Shown in pieces: positions 19,490-29,330 of a stretch of DNA of 64,000 nt; within the stretch, counting starts at the first letter, position 1, and the number at the start of each line of letters is the position of its first letter. Made by a program: the position numbers and the translations under genes. Below the pieces are notes generated by a model. The model had not been told where the DNA came from, searched no databases, and saw only the letters and a list, made by a program, of their open reading frames with translations. The stretch comes from Alphaproteobacteria bacterium (GTDB lineage Bacteria > Pseudomonadota > Alphaproteobacteria > MPNO01), in the NCBI GenBank assembly GCA_964291675.2, contig OZ219865.1, forward strand, positions 800,001 through 864,000. The letters are read 5' to 3'.

Positions 19490-21637
19490 ATGCCGGTTCC
19501 GACCACCTGCTGGGAGTGCAGCACGCGCTGCGGCGCGCTGGTCACGCTGGAGGGCGGCGCGGTCGCCAAGGTCGGGCCAAACGCCGACCACCCGGGCTCG
19601 AAGGGCGCGTTCTGCGTCAAGGGCATCCGCGGCATGCGCGAGCTGACCGACCACCCGGACCGGCTGGTCCGCCCGATGCGGCGGCGCGGGGAGCGCGGCG
19701 CCGGCGAGTGGGAGGAGATCGGCTGGGACACGGCGCTGGAGACCGTCGCCGACCGGCTGCTCGCGGTGCGCGCGGAGCACGGGCCGCTCGCGCTGATCGG
19801 CGCGGTGTCGTCGGCCTTCTTCAGCCGGGGCGCCATGGTGGCGCTGCTGATGCGCGCGCTGGGCTCGCCCAACTGGATGATGAACCAGGATCTGTGCGGC
19901 GGCTGCCGGGCGTTGAGCGACAAGCTGACCGGTCTCGCCGCGATCGGCGGCGAGGACATCGAGAACACGCGCTGCGCGCTGATCGTCGGGCGCAACCCGT
20001 CGGCCGCAGATGCCGCGCAGTGGCAGGCGCTCAAGCGGGCCAAGGCGAACGGCGCGCGGACGGTGGTGATCGACCCCGCGCGCACCCCGGCTGCGAAGGG
20101 CGCCGATCTCTGGCTCCGCCCCCGCCCCGGCACCGACGCGGCGGTCGCGCTCGGCATGATCAACGCGACCATCGCCCGGAAACTGTACGACGCCGAATTC
20201 GTCGAGCGCTGGTGCCACGGCTTCGACGCGCTGAAGGCGCGCGCCGCGCGCTACACGCCGGACGAGGCGGCGAGGCTCTCCGGCGTCCCGGCGGACGACA
20301 TCGTGAGCGCCGCCCGCCTCTACGCCGACGGGCCGTCCACCTTCGTCAGCGGGCACGGCATCGACGCCTTCTCCGGCGGCGTCCAGACCTTCCGCGCCTT
20401 CCACGCGCTGGTCGCGATCAGCGGCAATCTCGACCGGCGGGGCGGCAATATCCGGGTCAAGCGGCCGGCCGGGTTCCGCAACTATATCGAGCTCTTGCAC
20501 GACCCCGCCTTCCGCCTGCCGCCCGAGGTGGAGGCCGAGACCATCGGGCGCGAACGGTTCCCGCTCTGGGCCGGGCCGGAGGGCTGGCAGACCGCCTGCC
20601 ACAACCCGACGGCGATCGAGGCGATGCTGACCGGCCAACCCTACCCGGTGCGCGCGATGTATCTCAGCGGCGTCAACATCGCCGTCACCTACCCCGATAC
20701 GCGAAGGACCGTCGAGGCGCTGCGCTCGCTCGACTTCCTCTGCGTCGTCAGCCACTCGATGACCCCGACGGCGGCGCTCGCCGACATCGTGCTGCCCAAG
20801 ACCACCGGGCTGGAGGAGGAGGAGATCTCGCTCGACATGTCGGGGCCCTGCGTGAGCTACACGAGGCCGGTGACGCCGGCGCGCGGCGAGGCGCGGTCGG
20901 ATTTCGAGATCGCCACGGCGCTCGCCGACCTTCTGGAGGCGCGCGGCATCGCGGCGCGCAAATTCCTGCCCTGGCAGAGCAAGCGCGCGTTCAACGCCTT
21001 CCTGCTGGGCGACAACGGCATCTCCTTCGAGGAGCTGGAACGGAAGGGTTTTGCGCATTTCCCCCATGAGCTGGGGAATTTCGAGCAGGCCGGGTTCCGC
21101 ACGCCGACCGGCAGGATCGAGCTTTTCTCCGAGACGCTGGCCCGGCTCGGCCTCGACCCGCTGCCCGATTTCGTGCCGCCGAGGGCGGAGCGCGTCGCCC
21201 CGGCGGTGCGCGCGGACTACCCGCTGATCCTGCTCACCGGCGCGCGCGAAAAGGCCTACCACCACTCGCGCTACCGCGACCATGCGTGGGCGCGCAAGGT
21301 CTCGCCCTACCCGCGGCTGCAGATCCACCCCGACACCGCTGCGGCGCTGGCGCTGGCGGCCGACGACTGGGTCGAGGTGGAGACGCCGGACGCCGGCGGC
21401 GCGTGCGCCCTCCGCGTCTCGGTGACCGAGGACACCGCGCCCGGCGTGGTGCGCACCGGCATGGGCTGGTGGCTGCCGGAGGCGCCGGGGCCGGATTTCG
21501 GCGCGTTCTCGGTCAACATCAACGCCGCCATGTCCTATGGCGGGCCGTGGGACCCGGTGACCGGCTCGGCGGATACGCGCGGCCTGCTCTGCCGCATCCG
21601 CCCGCTGCCCGACGGCGCGGCGCCGCCGATCGCATGA
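19490..21637 (+). CDS. Molybdopterin/tungsten oxidoreductase, acetylene-hydratase-like clade
   Basis: CWECSTRC..C 4Fe-4S motif, LGSPNW..C, PGTDAA, PYPVRA, MTPTAALADIVLP, TPTGRIE, WWLPE; no Tat signal. Confidence 0.85.
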   Translation: MPVPTTCWECSTRCGALVTLEGGAVAKVGPNADHPGSKGAFCVKGIRGMRELTDHPDRLVRPMRRRGERGAGEWEEIGWDTALETVADRLLAVRAEHGPLALIGAVSSAFFSRGAMVALLMRALGSPNWMMNQDLCGGCRALSDKLTGLAAIGGEDIENTRCALIVGRNPSAADAAQWQALKRAKANGARTVVIDPARTPAAKGADLWLRPRPGTDAAVALGMINATIARKLYDAEFVERWCHGFDALKARAARYTPDEAARLSGVPADDIVSAARLYADGPSTFVSGHGIDAFSGGVQTFRAFHALVAISGNLDRRGGNIRVKRPAGFRNYIELLHDPAFRLPPEVEAETIGRERFPLWAGPEGWQTACHNPTAIEAMLTGQPYPVRAMYLSGVNIAVTYPDTRRTVEALRSLDFLCVVSHSMTPTAALADIVLPKTTGLEEEEISLDMSGPCVSYTRPVTPARGEARSDFEIATALADLLEARGIAARKFLPWQSKRAFNAFLLGDNGISFEELERKGFAHFPHELGNFEQAGFRTPTGRIELFSETLARLGLDPLPDFVPPRAERVAPAVRADYPLILLTGAREKAYHHSRYRDHAWARKVSPYPRLQIHPDTAAALALAADDWVEVETPDAGGACALRVSVTEDTAPGVVRTGMGWWLPEAPGPDFGAFSVNINAAMSYGGPWDPVTGSADTRGLLCRIRPLPDGAAPPIA

Positions 21638-22095
21638 CCGGGCGCATCGAGGCGCGGCTCGCCGAGCTCGGACTCGACCTGCCCGAGCCCTTCGCCTACC
21701 CGTCCGCCAACCGCACCGGCTGCGTCGAGGCGGGCAGTCTGCTGTTCGTCTCCGGCCACCCGCCGCCGGCCAGCCTCGGCGCGGCGATGCGCGGCAAGGT
21801 GGACGCCGAAATCTCCGAGGCGGAGGCCTACGACGCGGCGAAGAAGACGGCGCTCAACATCCTCGCCTCGGTCGCGCGCCATCTCGGCTCGCTCGACCGG
21901 GTCCGCCGGGTGGTCAAGCTCAACGGCTACGTCAACTCGTCCGCCGGCTTCGAGCGCCAGTTCGCGGTGATCGACGGCGCGTCGGACCTGCTCTACGCCC
22001 TGTTCCCCGAGCCGCATGCGCGCACCGCAATCGGCGTCGCCGAGCTGCCGCGCGGCTTCCCCATCGAGATCGAGGCGGTGTTCGAGATCGCGTAG
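21634..22095 (+). CDS. RidA/YjgF family protein (possible 2-aminomuconate deaminase)
   Basis: LFVSG, GASDLL, HARTAIGVAELP, IEIEA with conserved Arg; ATGA-coupled to the upstream gene. Confidence 0.85.
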   Translation: MTGRIEARLAELGLDLPEPFAYPSANRTGCVEAGSLLFVSGHPPPASLGAAMRGKVDAEISEAEAYDAAKKTALNILASVARHLGSLDRVRRVVKLNGYVNSSAGFERQFAVIDGASDLLYALFPEPHARTAIGVAELPRGFPIEIEAVFEIA

Positions 22096-22163
22096 CCGGC
22101 CGGGCGGTTTCCGGCCCGCGCGGTTCCGACTATTCTGCGGCGCGGCATCGGGGGAGGATCGCG

Positions 22164-23633
22164 GTGGCCGAGGGCAATCTGCGCGAGCTCAGGAATTTCG
22201 TCGGCGGCGCGTTCGTCGCGTCGGGCAGCACGTTCGAGAACGTCACCCCGGTCGACAACACGCTGATCGCGCTGGTGCACGAGGCCGACCGGGCGATCGT
22301 CGACCGCGCCGTCGACGCCGCGCGGGACGCCTATTACGGCGCATGGGGCGGGCTGACGACGGAACAGCGCTGCAACCTGCTCTATGCTGTGGCAGACGGG
22401 ATCGAGTCCCGCTTCGACGAGTTCGTCGACGCCGAGTGCGCCGACACGGGCAAGCCCAAATCCCTCGCCAGCCATCTCGACATCCCGCGCGGGGCGGCCA
22501 ATTTCCGCATCTTCGCCGACCTCATCAAGTCGGTCGGCACCGAGGCCTATATGCAGGAGACGCCGGACGGGCGGGGCGCGGTGAACTACTCGGTGCGCCA
22601 GCCGCACGGGGTGGTGGGCGTCATCTCGCCCTGGAACCTGCCGCTGCTCTTGTCGACCTGGAAGCTGGCGCCTGCGATGGCGTCGGGCAACGCGGTCATC
22701 CTGAAGCCGTCCGAGGAGACGCCGACGACCGCGACGCTGCTGGCCGAGGTGATGCAGCAGGCGGGGATTCCCAACGGCGCGTTCAACGTCGTGCACGGCT
22801 TCGGTCCCGATTCGGCGGGCGAGCTGATCACCCGGCATCCGGGCATCCACGCCATCACCTTCACCGGCGAGACCGCGACCGGGCGCGAGATCATGAAAGC
22901 CGCATCCGGCAACATCAAGGCGCTCTCCTTCGAGCTCGGCGGCAAGAACCCGGCCATCGTGTTCGCCGACGCCGATTTCGACGCGGCGATCGACGGCACC
23001 GCGCGCTCGGTATTCGCCAATACCGGCCAGGTCTGCCTGAGCTCCGAGCGGGTCTATGTCGAACGGCCGATCTACGACCGCTTCGTCGATGCGCTGAAGG
23101 CGCGCGGCGAGGCCATGGTCATCGGCCGGCCGGAGGACCCGGCGACCCAGATGGGCTCGCTGATCTCCCGCGAGCATCGCGACAAGGTGACGTCCTACTA
23201 CGCGCTGGCCCAAGACCTCGGCGCGGAAACGGTGACCGGCGGCGGCATCCCCACTTTCGGCGACGAGCGCGACGCCGGCGCCTTCGTCCAGCCCACCATC
23301 TTCACCGGGCTCGCCGAGGACTCGCGGGTGCAGAAGGAGGAGATCTTCGGTCCGGTCTGCCACGTCACGCCGTTCGACGACGAGGACGAGGCCGTCGCCA
23401 TGGCGAACGACACCGAGTACGGGCTCGCCTCGGTGGTCTGGACCACCGACCTGTCGCGCGGCCACCGGGTGAGCCAGGCGATGGAGGCTGGGATCAACTG
23501 GGTCAATTGCTGGTTCCTGCGCGACCTGCGCACGCCGTTCGGCGGCATGGGGCTGAGCGGCATCGGCCGCGAGGGCGGCCAGCACGCGCTCAACTTCTAC
23601 TCCGAGCAGAAGAACATCTGCGTCAAGCTGTAG
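22164..23633 (+). CDS. dmpC: 2-hydroxy/2-aminomuconic semialdehyde dehydrogenase
   Basis: DIPRGAANF, SPWNLPLLL, KPSEETP, FTGET, ELGGKNP, EEIFGP, WFLRDLRTPFGG, KNICVKL end. Confidence 0.9.
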   Translation: MAEGNLRELRNFVGGAFVASGSTFENVTPVDNTLIALVHEADRAIVDRAVDAARDAYYGAWGGLTTEQRCNLLYAVADGIESRFDEFVDAECADTGKPKSLASHLDIPRGAANFRIFADLIKSVGTEAYMQETPDGRGAVNYSVRQPHGVVGVISPWNLPLLLSTWKLAPAMASGNAVILKPSEETPTTATLLAEVMQQAGIPNGAFNVVHGFGPDSAGELITRHPGIHAITFTGETATGREIMKAASGNIKALSFELGGKNPAIVFADADFDAAIDGTARSVFANTGQVCLSSERVYVERPIYDRFVDALKARGEAMVIGRPEDPATQMGSLISREHRDKVTSYYALAQDLGAETVTGGGIPTFGDERDAGAFVQPTIFTGLAEDSRVQKEEIFGPVCHVTPFDDEDEAVAMANDTEYGLASVVWTTDLSRGHRVSQAMEAGINWVNCWFLRDLRTPFGGMGLSGIGREGGQHALNFYSEQKNICVKL

Positions 23634-23637
23634 GGGG
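23609..23637 (+). repeat. Left 29-bp direct repeat (dmpC 3' end)
   Basis: GAAGAACATCTGCGTCAAGCTGTAGGGGG; 27/29 identical to 25030-25058. Confidence 0.9.
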
Positions 23638-23756
23638 AGGCGGGCGCCTGAGGCGTCCAACCGCTTCACCGAGCGGGAGCGGCCGTTTGCGAGGTGCGGC
23701 AAGCCGTCCGATCGCCATGGCGCAGGCGGGGCGCGGCAATGACAGTCCGCATTCCG

Positions 23757-24038
23757 TCAGGGATTGGCAAGAACCCTGTCGTGATCCCCAACGTTGCGCA
23801 GAATGCAGGTTCCGTCATCCGTGACTTCAAATGTCATCCGAATGGCCTCGGTAACGCGAATGGCCCAAACCTTCTTCTGTGCCTGGACTCTCTTGGGATT
23901 ACGGCTGGCAGGAAGAGTCCCGGTGTTCGTCAGTTGACGGAGGGCGTCATCGACTGCGGTCCGATGTCGGTGGGATAGCTTTCGATAGGCTTTCCTGAAA
24001 CGCGCAAGGCGCTTGAACCTCTTGATACCCAGAGCCAC
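23757..24038 (-). CDS. RelE/ParE superfamily toxin (putative mRNA interferase)
   Basis: 93 aa basic protein; RFRKAYRKL, VWAIRV..IRMTF, LRNVGDHD pattern. Confidence 0.7.
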   Translation of the reverse strand: MALGIKRFKRLARFRKAYRKLSHRHRTAVDDALRQLTNTGTLPASRNPKRVQAQKKVWAIRVTEAIRMTFEVTDDGTCILRNVGDHDRVLANP

Positions 24039-24041
24039 GCC

Positions 24042-24554
24042 CTAGTTGCTCTTCAGGTCGGCAATCAAGTCCTCGACGTCCTCGAATACCCTGTTCTCCG
24101 GCTGTTCAAGGTCCGCGTCATGCTCCATGACGGCCCAGCGTAGATCCACCATTGCGTCGTGCAGTTTCTGGAACGCATGGATGGCGGCTTCGCTGCTGCC
24201 ACACATTGCCTCGACATGGTCATCGGCAATGGCGGGCGTTTTCAACGTCTCGACGATTTCATGCAGAGTAGAGATCGAGTGCTTTACGACACCTTCGGCG
24301 GAGCCGGCTCGTGACGCAAGGTCGCCCGTCGGATCGATTGGCTCCTCGAATCCGTCATTCTCGGATAGCCAAGCCAGAACTTGCCTGATTGCCAGCTCCG
24401 CGGTCTCCGCGTTGTTGCGCATATTGGTAGATACATCGACGAAGGCGTCCACCACGCGCAGTATCCGCAAATAGTGAATTGAGAACCGCGAGTCGGCTAC
24501 CACCTTTTCATAAATGATGTCCAGGCGAGGGATAGAACGCTGAATGCCGGGCAT
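24042..24554 (-). CDS. Putative antitoxin / hypothetical helical protein
   Basis: Acidic, 3 nt upstream of the toxin, ends FEDVEDLIADLK like many antitoxin tails; start uncertain. Confidence 0.55.
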   Translation of the reverse strand: MPGIQRSIPRLDIIYEKVVADSRFSIHYLRILRVVDAFVDVSTNMRNNAETAELAIRQVLAWLSENDGFEEPIDPTGDLASRAGSAEGVVKHSISTLHEIVETLKTPAIADDHVEAMCGSSEAAIHAFQKLHDAMVDLRWAVMEHDADLEQPENRVFEDVEDLIADLKSN

Positions 24555-25029
24555 GAGATTGTCCAACTTATGGTCTCGCCATTCTATGGTTCGGCTGCGT
24601 CGTGCGGTGGCCGCCCCTCCCTGCCATCGCAGGCGGCGATCCGCGCCAAGGGCTCGGGCGTGGTGTCGATGCTCAACATCGCCTGAGACATCGCGTCCCC
24701 TTTGGGCAGGCGGAAGCATCGCCGATCGCGCCTGCCCGTGCAACCACGGAGCGATACCGTGTCGCATGGGCAGGCACGGCCACACGCACAAGTCTCGCCA
24801 CGCGTCCAACTCTTCCGTTGCTTGCTCCAGGCAGGGATCGCTGCGACCGGATCTGGCCCGGAAACCGGAACCTCCCCATCCCCTGTTGTGCTGTTCCGCC
24901 GGACCCTATACAGAGGGTGCGGCAGTTACCGCGCGAAATCGCGGGTGGCAACATGCGGGAAACAGCCCGAGGCGGATGGGGAATGCCGAGTAAAATCAAG
25001 AGGCTAGCGCCTGTCTGCCGATCAAGGCG

Positions 25030-25058
25030 GAAGAACGTCGGCGTCAAGCTGTAGGGGG
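25030..25058 (+). repeat. Right 29-bp direct repeat
   Basis: GAAGAACGTCGGCGTCAAGCTGTAGGGGG, still reads KNVGVKL*. Confidence 0.9.
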
Positions 25059-25064
25059 CGGGGC

Positions 25065-25850
25065 ATGAGCGAAGAGGCGATCACCAGGGCGGCCGCCGAC
25101 ATCCGCAGGGCGTGGGAGGACGGGGCGCCCATCGAGCCGGTGCGCGACGCGCTGCCCGACGGCGACGTGGACGCCGCCTATCGGGTGCAGCAGACCAATA
25201 CCGGGCATTGGGTGAAGCAGGGAAGGCGCATCGTCGGGCGCAAGATCGGGCTCACCGCCAAGGCGGTGCAGCTTCAGCTCGGCGTCGACCAGCCGGATTA
25301 CGGCATGCTGTTCGCCGACATGTGCATCGTCGACGGCGAGGAGATCGAACCCGGCCGCGTGCTCCAGCCGCGCTGCGAGGCAGAGGTGGCGCTCATTCTG
25401 CATTCGGCGCTCGACCGCGAGCAGCTTACGCTCGTCGATGTGATCGACTCGGTGGCCTACGCGCTGCCGGCGATCGAGGTGGTGGGCTCGCGCATCGCCG
25501 GCTGGAACATAAACATCGTCGACACCGTCGCCGACAACGCCTCGTCGGGCCTGTTCGTGCTCGGCACCCGGCCGGTCATGCTCGACGACCTCGATTTGCG
25601 CGAGTGCGGCATGGTGATGGAGAACAAGGGCGACCAGGTCTCGATCGGCGCCGGCGTCGCCTGCCTCGGCAACCCGCTGAACGCCGCGCTCTGGCTCGCC
25701 CGCAAGATGGTCGAGGTGGGCACGCCGCTCCAGGTGGGCGACGTGATCATGACCGGCGCGCTCGGGCCCATGGCGCCGGTCGCGGCGGGCGACGTGATGG
25801 AGGCCAGGATCGAGGGGCTGGGCTCGGTCAGGGCCGCCTTCGCCGGCTGA
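25065..25850 (+). CDS. mhpD: 2-keto-4-pentenoate hydratase
   Basis: [41 protein letters not shown]. Confidence 0.9.
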   Translation: MSEEAITRAAADIRRAWEDGAPIEPVRDALPDGDVDAAYRVQQTNTGHWVKQGRRIVGRKIGLTAKAVQLQLGVDQPDYGMLFADMCIVDGEEIEPGRVLQPRCEAEVALILHSALDREQLTLVDVIDSVAYALPAIEVVGSRIAGWNINIVDTVADNASSGLFVLGTRPVMLDDLDLRECGMVMENKGDQVSIGAGVACLGNPLNAALWLARKMVEVGTPLQVGDVIMTGALGPMAPVAAGDVMEARIEGLGSVRAAFAG

Positions 25851-25861
25851 GGAGAGGGAGC

Positions 25862-26785
25862 ATGAAGACAAGGGTTGCGATCGTCGGTTCCGGCAATATC
25901 GGCACCGATCTGATGATCAAGATCCTCGAGACCTCGGACGCCCTGGAGATGGGCGCGCTGGTCGGCATCGACCCCGACTCGGACGGCCTCGCCCGCGCCC
26001 GCTCGAAGGGCGTCGCCACCACCCACGAGGGGCTGGAAGGGCTAACGCGGATGGCCGAATGGGCCGGTATCGAGATCGTCTTCGATGCCACCTCGGCGGG
26101 CGCGCACGCGGCCAACGCGAAGATCTGCCTGGAGCACGGCAAGACCGTAATCGACCTCACCCCCGCCGCCATCGGCCCCTATGTCGTGCCGGTGGTCAAC
26201 ATGGACGAGCATCTCGATGCGCCCAACATCAACATGGTCTCCTGCGGCGGCCAGGCGACCATCCCCATCGTGCACGCGGTCGACCGCGTGGCCCGGGTGC
26301 ATTACGGCGAGATCGTGGCCTCCATCGCCTCCAAATCGGCCGGGCCCGGCACGCGCGCCAATATCGACGAGTTCACCGAGACCACGTCGAAGGGGATCGA
26401 GGCGGTGGGCGGCGCCGAGCGCGGCAAGGCGATCATCGTGCTCAACCCGGCCGAGCCGCCGCTGCTGATGCGCGACACCATCTACATCCTGAGCGAGGAC
26501 GGCGACACCGACGCAATCGTGAAATCGATCGGGGACATGGTGGCCGAGGTGCAGGCCTATGTGCCGGGCTACCGGCTCAAGCAGGACGTGCAGTTCGAGC
26601 GCTTCGGCTCCAACAACCCGCTGCGCATCCCCGGGCTCGGCGAGTTCACCGGCATCAAGTCCTCGGTGTTCCTCGAGGTCGAGGGCGCCGGCCACTATCT
26701 GCCGACCTATGCCGGCAATCTCGACATCATGACCTCGGCCGCGCTCAAGACCGCCGAACGGCTGGTCGAGCGCCGCGCGGGCTGA
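25862..26785 (+). CDS. mhpF: Acetaldehyde dehydrogenase (acylating)
   Basis: [57 protein letters not shown]. Confidence 0.96.
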   Translation: MKTRVAIVGSGNIGTDLMIKILETSDALEMGALVGIDPDSDGLARARSKGVATTHEGLEGLTRMAEWAGIEIVFDATSAGAHAANAKICLEHGKTVIDLTPAAIGPYVVPVVNMDEHLDAPNINMVSCGGQATIPIVHAVDRVARVHYGEIVASIASKSAGPGTRANIDEFTETTSKGIEAVGGAERGKAIIVLNPAEPPLLMRDTIYILSEDGDTDAIVKSIGDMVAEVQAYVPGYRLKQDVQFERFGSNNPLRIPGLGEFTGIKSSVFLEVEGAGHYLPTYAGNLDIMTSAALKTAERLVERRAG

Positions 26786-26802
26786 TGTCCCGGTTGCGCA
26801 GC

Positions 26803-26928
26803 GTGGATGCCCGGATCACCCCCGGACTCGTTCCGGGGGCCAGCCATGACGGAGAGGAGACGTCGGTGTGGAAAGGCCCGCCCTCGCTCCCCTCCCTCGT
26901 CATGCCCGGACTTGATCCGGGCACCCAT
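26803..26928. repeat. Family A palindromes (nested + simple) inside the operon
   Basis: GGATGCCCGGATCA-CCCCCGGACTCGTTCCGGGGG-CCAGCCATGAC and GTCATGCCCGGACTTGATCCGGGCAC. Confidence 0.88.
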
Positions 26929-27021
26929 GCAGCCTCCGCCCGCACGACCGCCGGACGGGAGAGGTGGCGGCGCCAGTGGGTGCACGCCGAACTCTGAAAC
27001 ACGACGCTGAGGAGACCCGCC

Positions 27022-28065
27022 ATGGCCCTCGACCCGGAGAAGAAGATCTACATCCAGGACGTGACGCTGCGCGACGGCATGCACGCGATCCGCCACCAAT
27101 ACGGCCTGCACCACGTGACGGCGATCTGCAAGGCGCTCGACGACGCCAGGGTCGACGCCATCGAGGTGAGCCACGGCGACGGGCTCGCCGGGATGTCGTT
27201 CAACTACGGCTTCGCCGCCCATTCCGACATCGAGTATATCGAGGTCGCCGCCGATGCCGTCGAGCACGCGAAGATCGCGACGCTCCTGATCCCCGGCATC
27301 GGCACCGTCACCGACCTCAAGGACGCCTTCGATGCCGGCGCGCGGTCGGTCCGCATCGCCACCCACTGCACGGAGGCCGACATCGCCAGGCAGCACATCG
27401 AGTACGCCCGCGAAATCGGCATGGACGTGGCCGGCTTCCTGATGATGGCGCACATGATCCCGGCCGGCGAGCTGGTCGAGCAGGCGAAGCTGATGGAGGC
27501 CTATGGCGCGCACTGCGTCTACGTCACCGATTCGGGCGGCGCGCTGCTGATGGGCGACACCGCCGACCGCTTCGCCGCCTTCCGCGACGGGCTCAGGCCC
27601 GAGACCCAGCTCGGCATCCACGCCCACCACAATCTCAGCCTCGGCGTCGCCAACACCATCATCGCGCTGGAATACGGCGTGACCCGGGTCGACGCCTCGC
27701 TCGCCGGCATGGGGGCGGGCGCCGGCAACACCCCGCTCGAGGTCTTCATCGCCGTCGCCGACCGCGCCGGGCTCAACCACGGCTGCGATCTGTGGGCGCT
27801 GATGGACGCGGCGGAAGAGCTGGTCCGCCCGCTGCAGGACCGCCCGGTCCGGGTCGACCGCGAGACGCTGGCGCTCGGCTATACCGGCTCCTATTCGAGC
27901 TTCCTGCGCCACGCCGAGACCGCGTCGCAGACCTACGGCATCGACACGAGAGACATCCTGGTCGAGCTTGGCCGGAGGCGCATGGTGGGCGGCCAGGAGG
28001 ACATGATCGTCGACGTGGCGCTCGACCTCGCCAACGCCCGCGACGCCGCCCGCAAGGAGGCCTGA
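27022..28065 (+). CDS. mhpE: 4-hydroxy-2-oxovalerate aldolase
   Basis: [45 protein letters not shown]. Confidence 0.96.
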   Translation: MALDPEKKIYIQDVTLRDGMHAIRHQYGLHHVTAICKALDDARVDAIEVSHGDGLAGMSFNYGFAAHSDIEYIEVAADAVEHAKIATLLIPGIGTVTDLKDAFDAGARSVRIATHCTEADIARQHIEYAREIGMDVAGFLMMAHMIPAGELVEQAKLMEAYGAHCVYVTDSGGALLMGDTADRFAAFRDGLRPETQLGIHAHHNLSLGVANTIIALEYGVTRVDASLAGMGAGAGNTPLEVFIAVADRAGLNHGCDLWALMDAAEELVRPLQDRPVRVDRETLALGYTGSYSSFLRHAETASQTYGIDTRDILVELGRRRMVGGQEDMIVDVALDLANARDAARKEA

Positions 28066-28068
28066 GCC

Positions 28069-28842
28069 ATGACCGATGTGGCAATCGCGCCGCTCGCCGA
28101 AGCCGTCGACACCGCCGCGATGAACGCCGAGGCGATCCCGCAGATCTCCGAGACCGTCGAGATCACGCCCGAGCAGGGCTACGACATCCAGGCCGCCTCG
28201 ATCCTGCGCCGCGTCGAGCGCGGGGAGCGGCGCATCGGCGTCAAGATGGGCTTCACCAGCCGCGCCAAGATGGTCCAGATGGGCATCTCGGACATGATCT
28301 GGGGCCGGCTGACGAACGGGATGATCGTGGAGGACGGCGATTCGATCTCGATGGCGGATTACGTCCACCCCAGGGCCGAGCCCGAGATCGCCTTCCTGCT
28401 GAACCGGCCGCTCGAAGCCCCGGTCACCGCGGCCGAGGCGATGGCCGCCGTCGAGGCGGTGGCGCCGGCGATCGAGATCATCGATTCGCGCTACCGCGAC
28501 TTCAAGTTCTCGCTCGCCGACGTGGTGGCCGACAACTGCTCGTCGTCCGGCATCGTGGTCGGCGCCTGGCAGTCGGTCGACGCCGACCTCACCAATCTCG
28601 GCATGATCCTGGAGATCGACGGCAGGCCGCGCCAGATCGGCTCGTCCGCCGCCATCCTGGGCAACCCGGCACGCTCGCTGGTCGCCGCCGCGCGCCTGTC
28701 CACCGCCGCCGGCGAGCCCCTGGAGCCCGGCTGGATCGTCATGGCCGGCGGCGCCACCGCCGCCGAGGCGCTGTCGGTCGGCGACTACGTGCGCAACACC
28801 GTGCAGCGGCTGGGCGCGGTCGGGTTCTCCGTCACCGCGTGA
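28069..28842 (+). CDS. dmpH: 4-oxalocrotonate decarboxylase
   Basis: GVKMGFTSRAKMVQMG, HPRAEPEIAF, IIDSRY, VADNCSS, AILGNP. Confidence 0.9.
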   Translation: MTDVAIAPLAEAVDTAAMNAEAIPQISETVEITPEQGYDIQAASILRRVERGERRIGVKMGFTSRAKMVQMGISDMIWGRLTNGMIVEDGDSISMADYVHPRAEPEIAFLLNRPLEAPVTAAEAMAAVEAVAPAIEIIDSRYRDFKFSLADVVADNCSSSGIVVGAWQSVDADLTNLGMILEIDGRPRQIGSSAAILGNPARSLVAAARLSTAAGEPLEPGWIVMAGGATAAEALSVGDYVRNTVQRLGAVGFSVTA

Positions 28843-28878
28843 GGGGCGCGATTCCGCCTTTCCGCCACGCCCTCCCCC

Positions 28879-29110
28879 GTCATGGCCCGGCCCCCGGATC
28901 AAGTCCGGGGGTGATCCGGGCATCCACTGGCGCCGCCGCTCCTTCCGACGGGGCGTTGTACCGGTGGCGCCAGTGGTTGCGCGGATCAAGTCCGCGCATG
29001 GGTGGCCGGATCAAGTCCGGCCATGACGAGGTGGTGGTCGCGGTGGAGGAGTACGGGAGCCGGGTGCGGCCCGCCCTGCCCGTGGGTGCCCGGAACGAGG
29101 CCGGGGTGAC
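28879..29110. repeat. Family A palindrome cluster left of the IS
   Basis: Nested unit 28879-28926, GGATCAAGTCCG units to 29027, variant 29071-29110 matching the reverse complement of 57029-57070. Confidence 0.85.
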
Positions 29111-29330
29111 AACGGAGGGGCAGGGACGGCAAGTGCGGGCGTGCGGCGATCCGTGTCCCGATCCGGCGGATGCGCCGATATCCCGCCCGGAACAAGGCTT
29201 TGCGCCCCGTCCAGCGCATCTAAACCGTCATGGTCTCGGCGGTGCTGAGCCACCCCGTGGCATGAAACTCGGGGCGTTCGGCTGAGGGTTTGCCGATCGT
29301 CGCGCGGGTCTGCCGTGGCAGGATGGGAAT

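Larger units (their letters stand above)
23638..25058. mobile_element. Integrated 1.4-kb islet carrying a TA pair, no integrase
   Basis: Bounded by duplicated dmpC 3' end; visibly lower GC; interrupts the dmpC-hydratase operon. Confidence 0.75.

Noticed and set aside
24599-24613. 15-bp match to 17297-17311 (GTCGTGCGGTGGCCG)
   Set aside because: Matches of this length are expected by chance in 64 kb of GC-rich DNA
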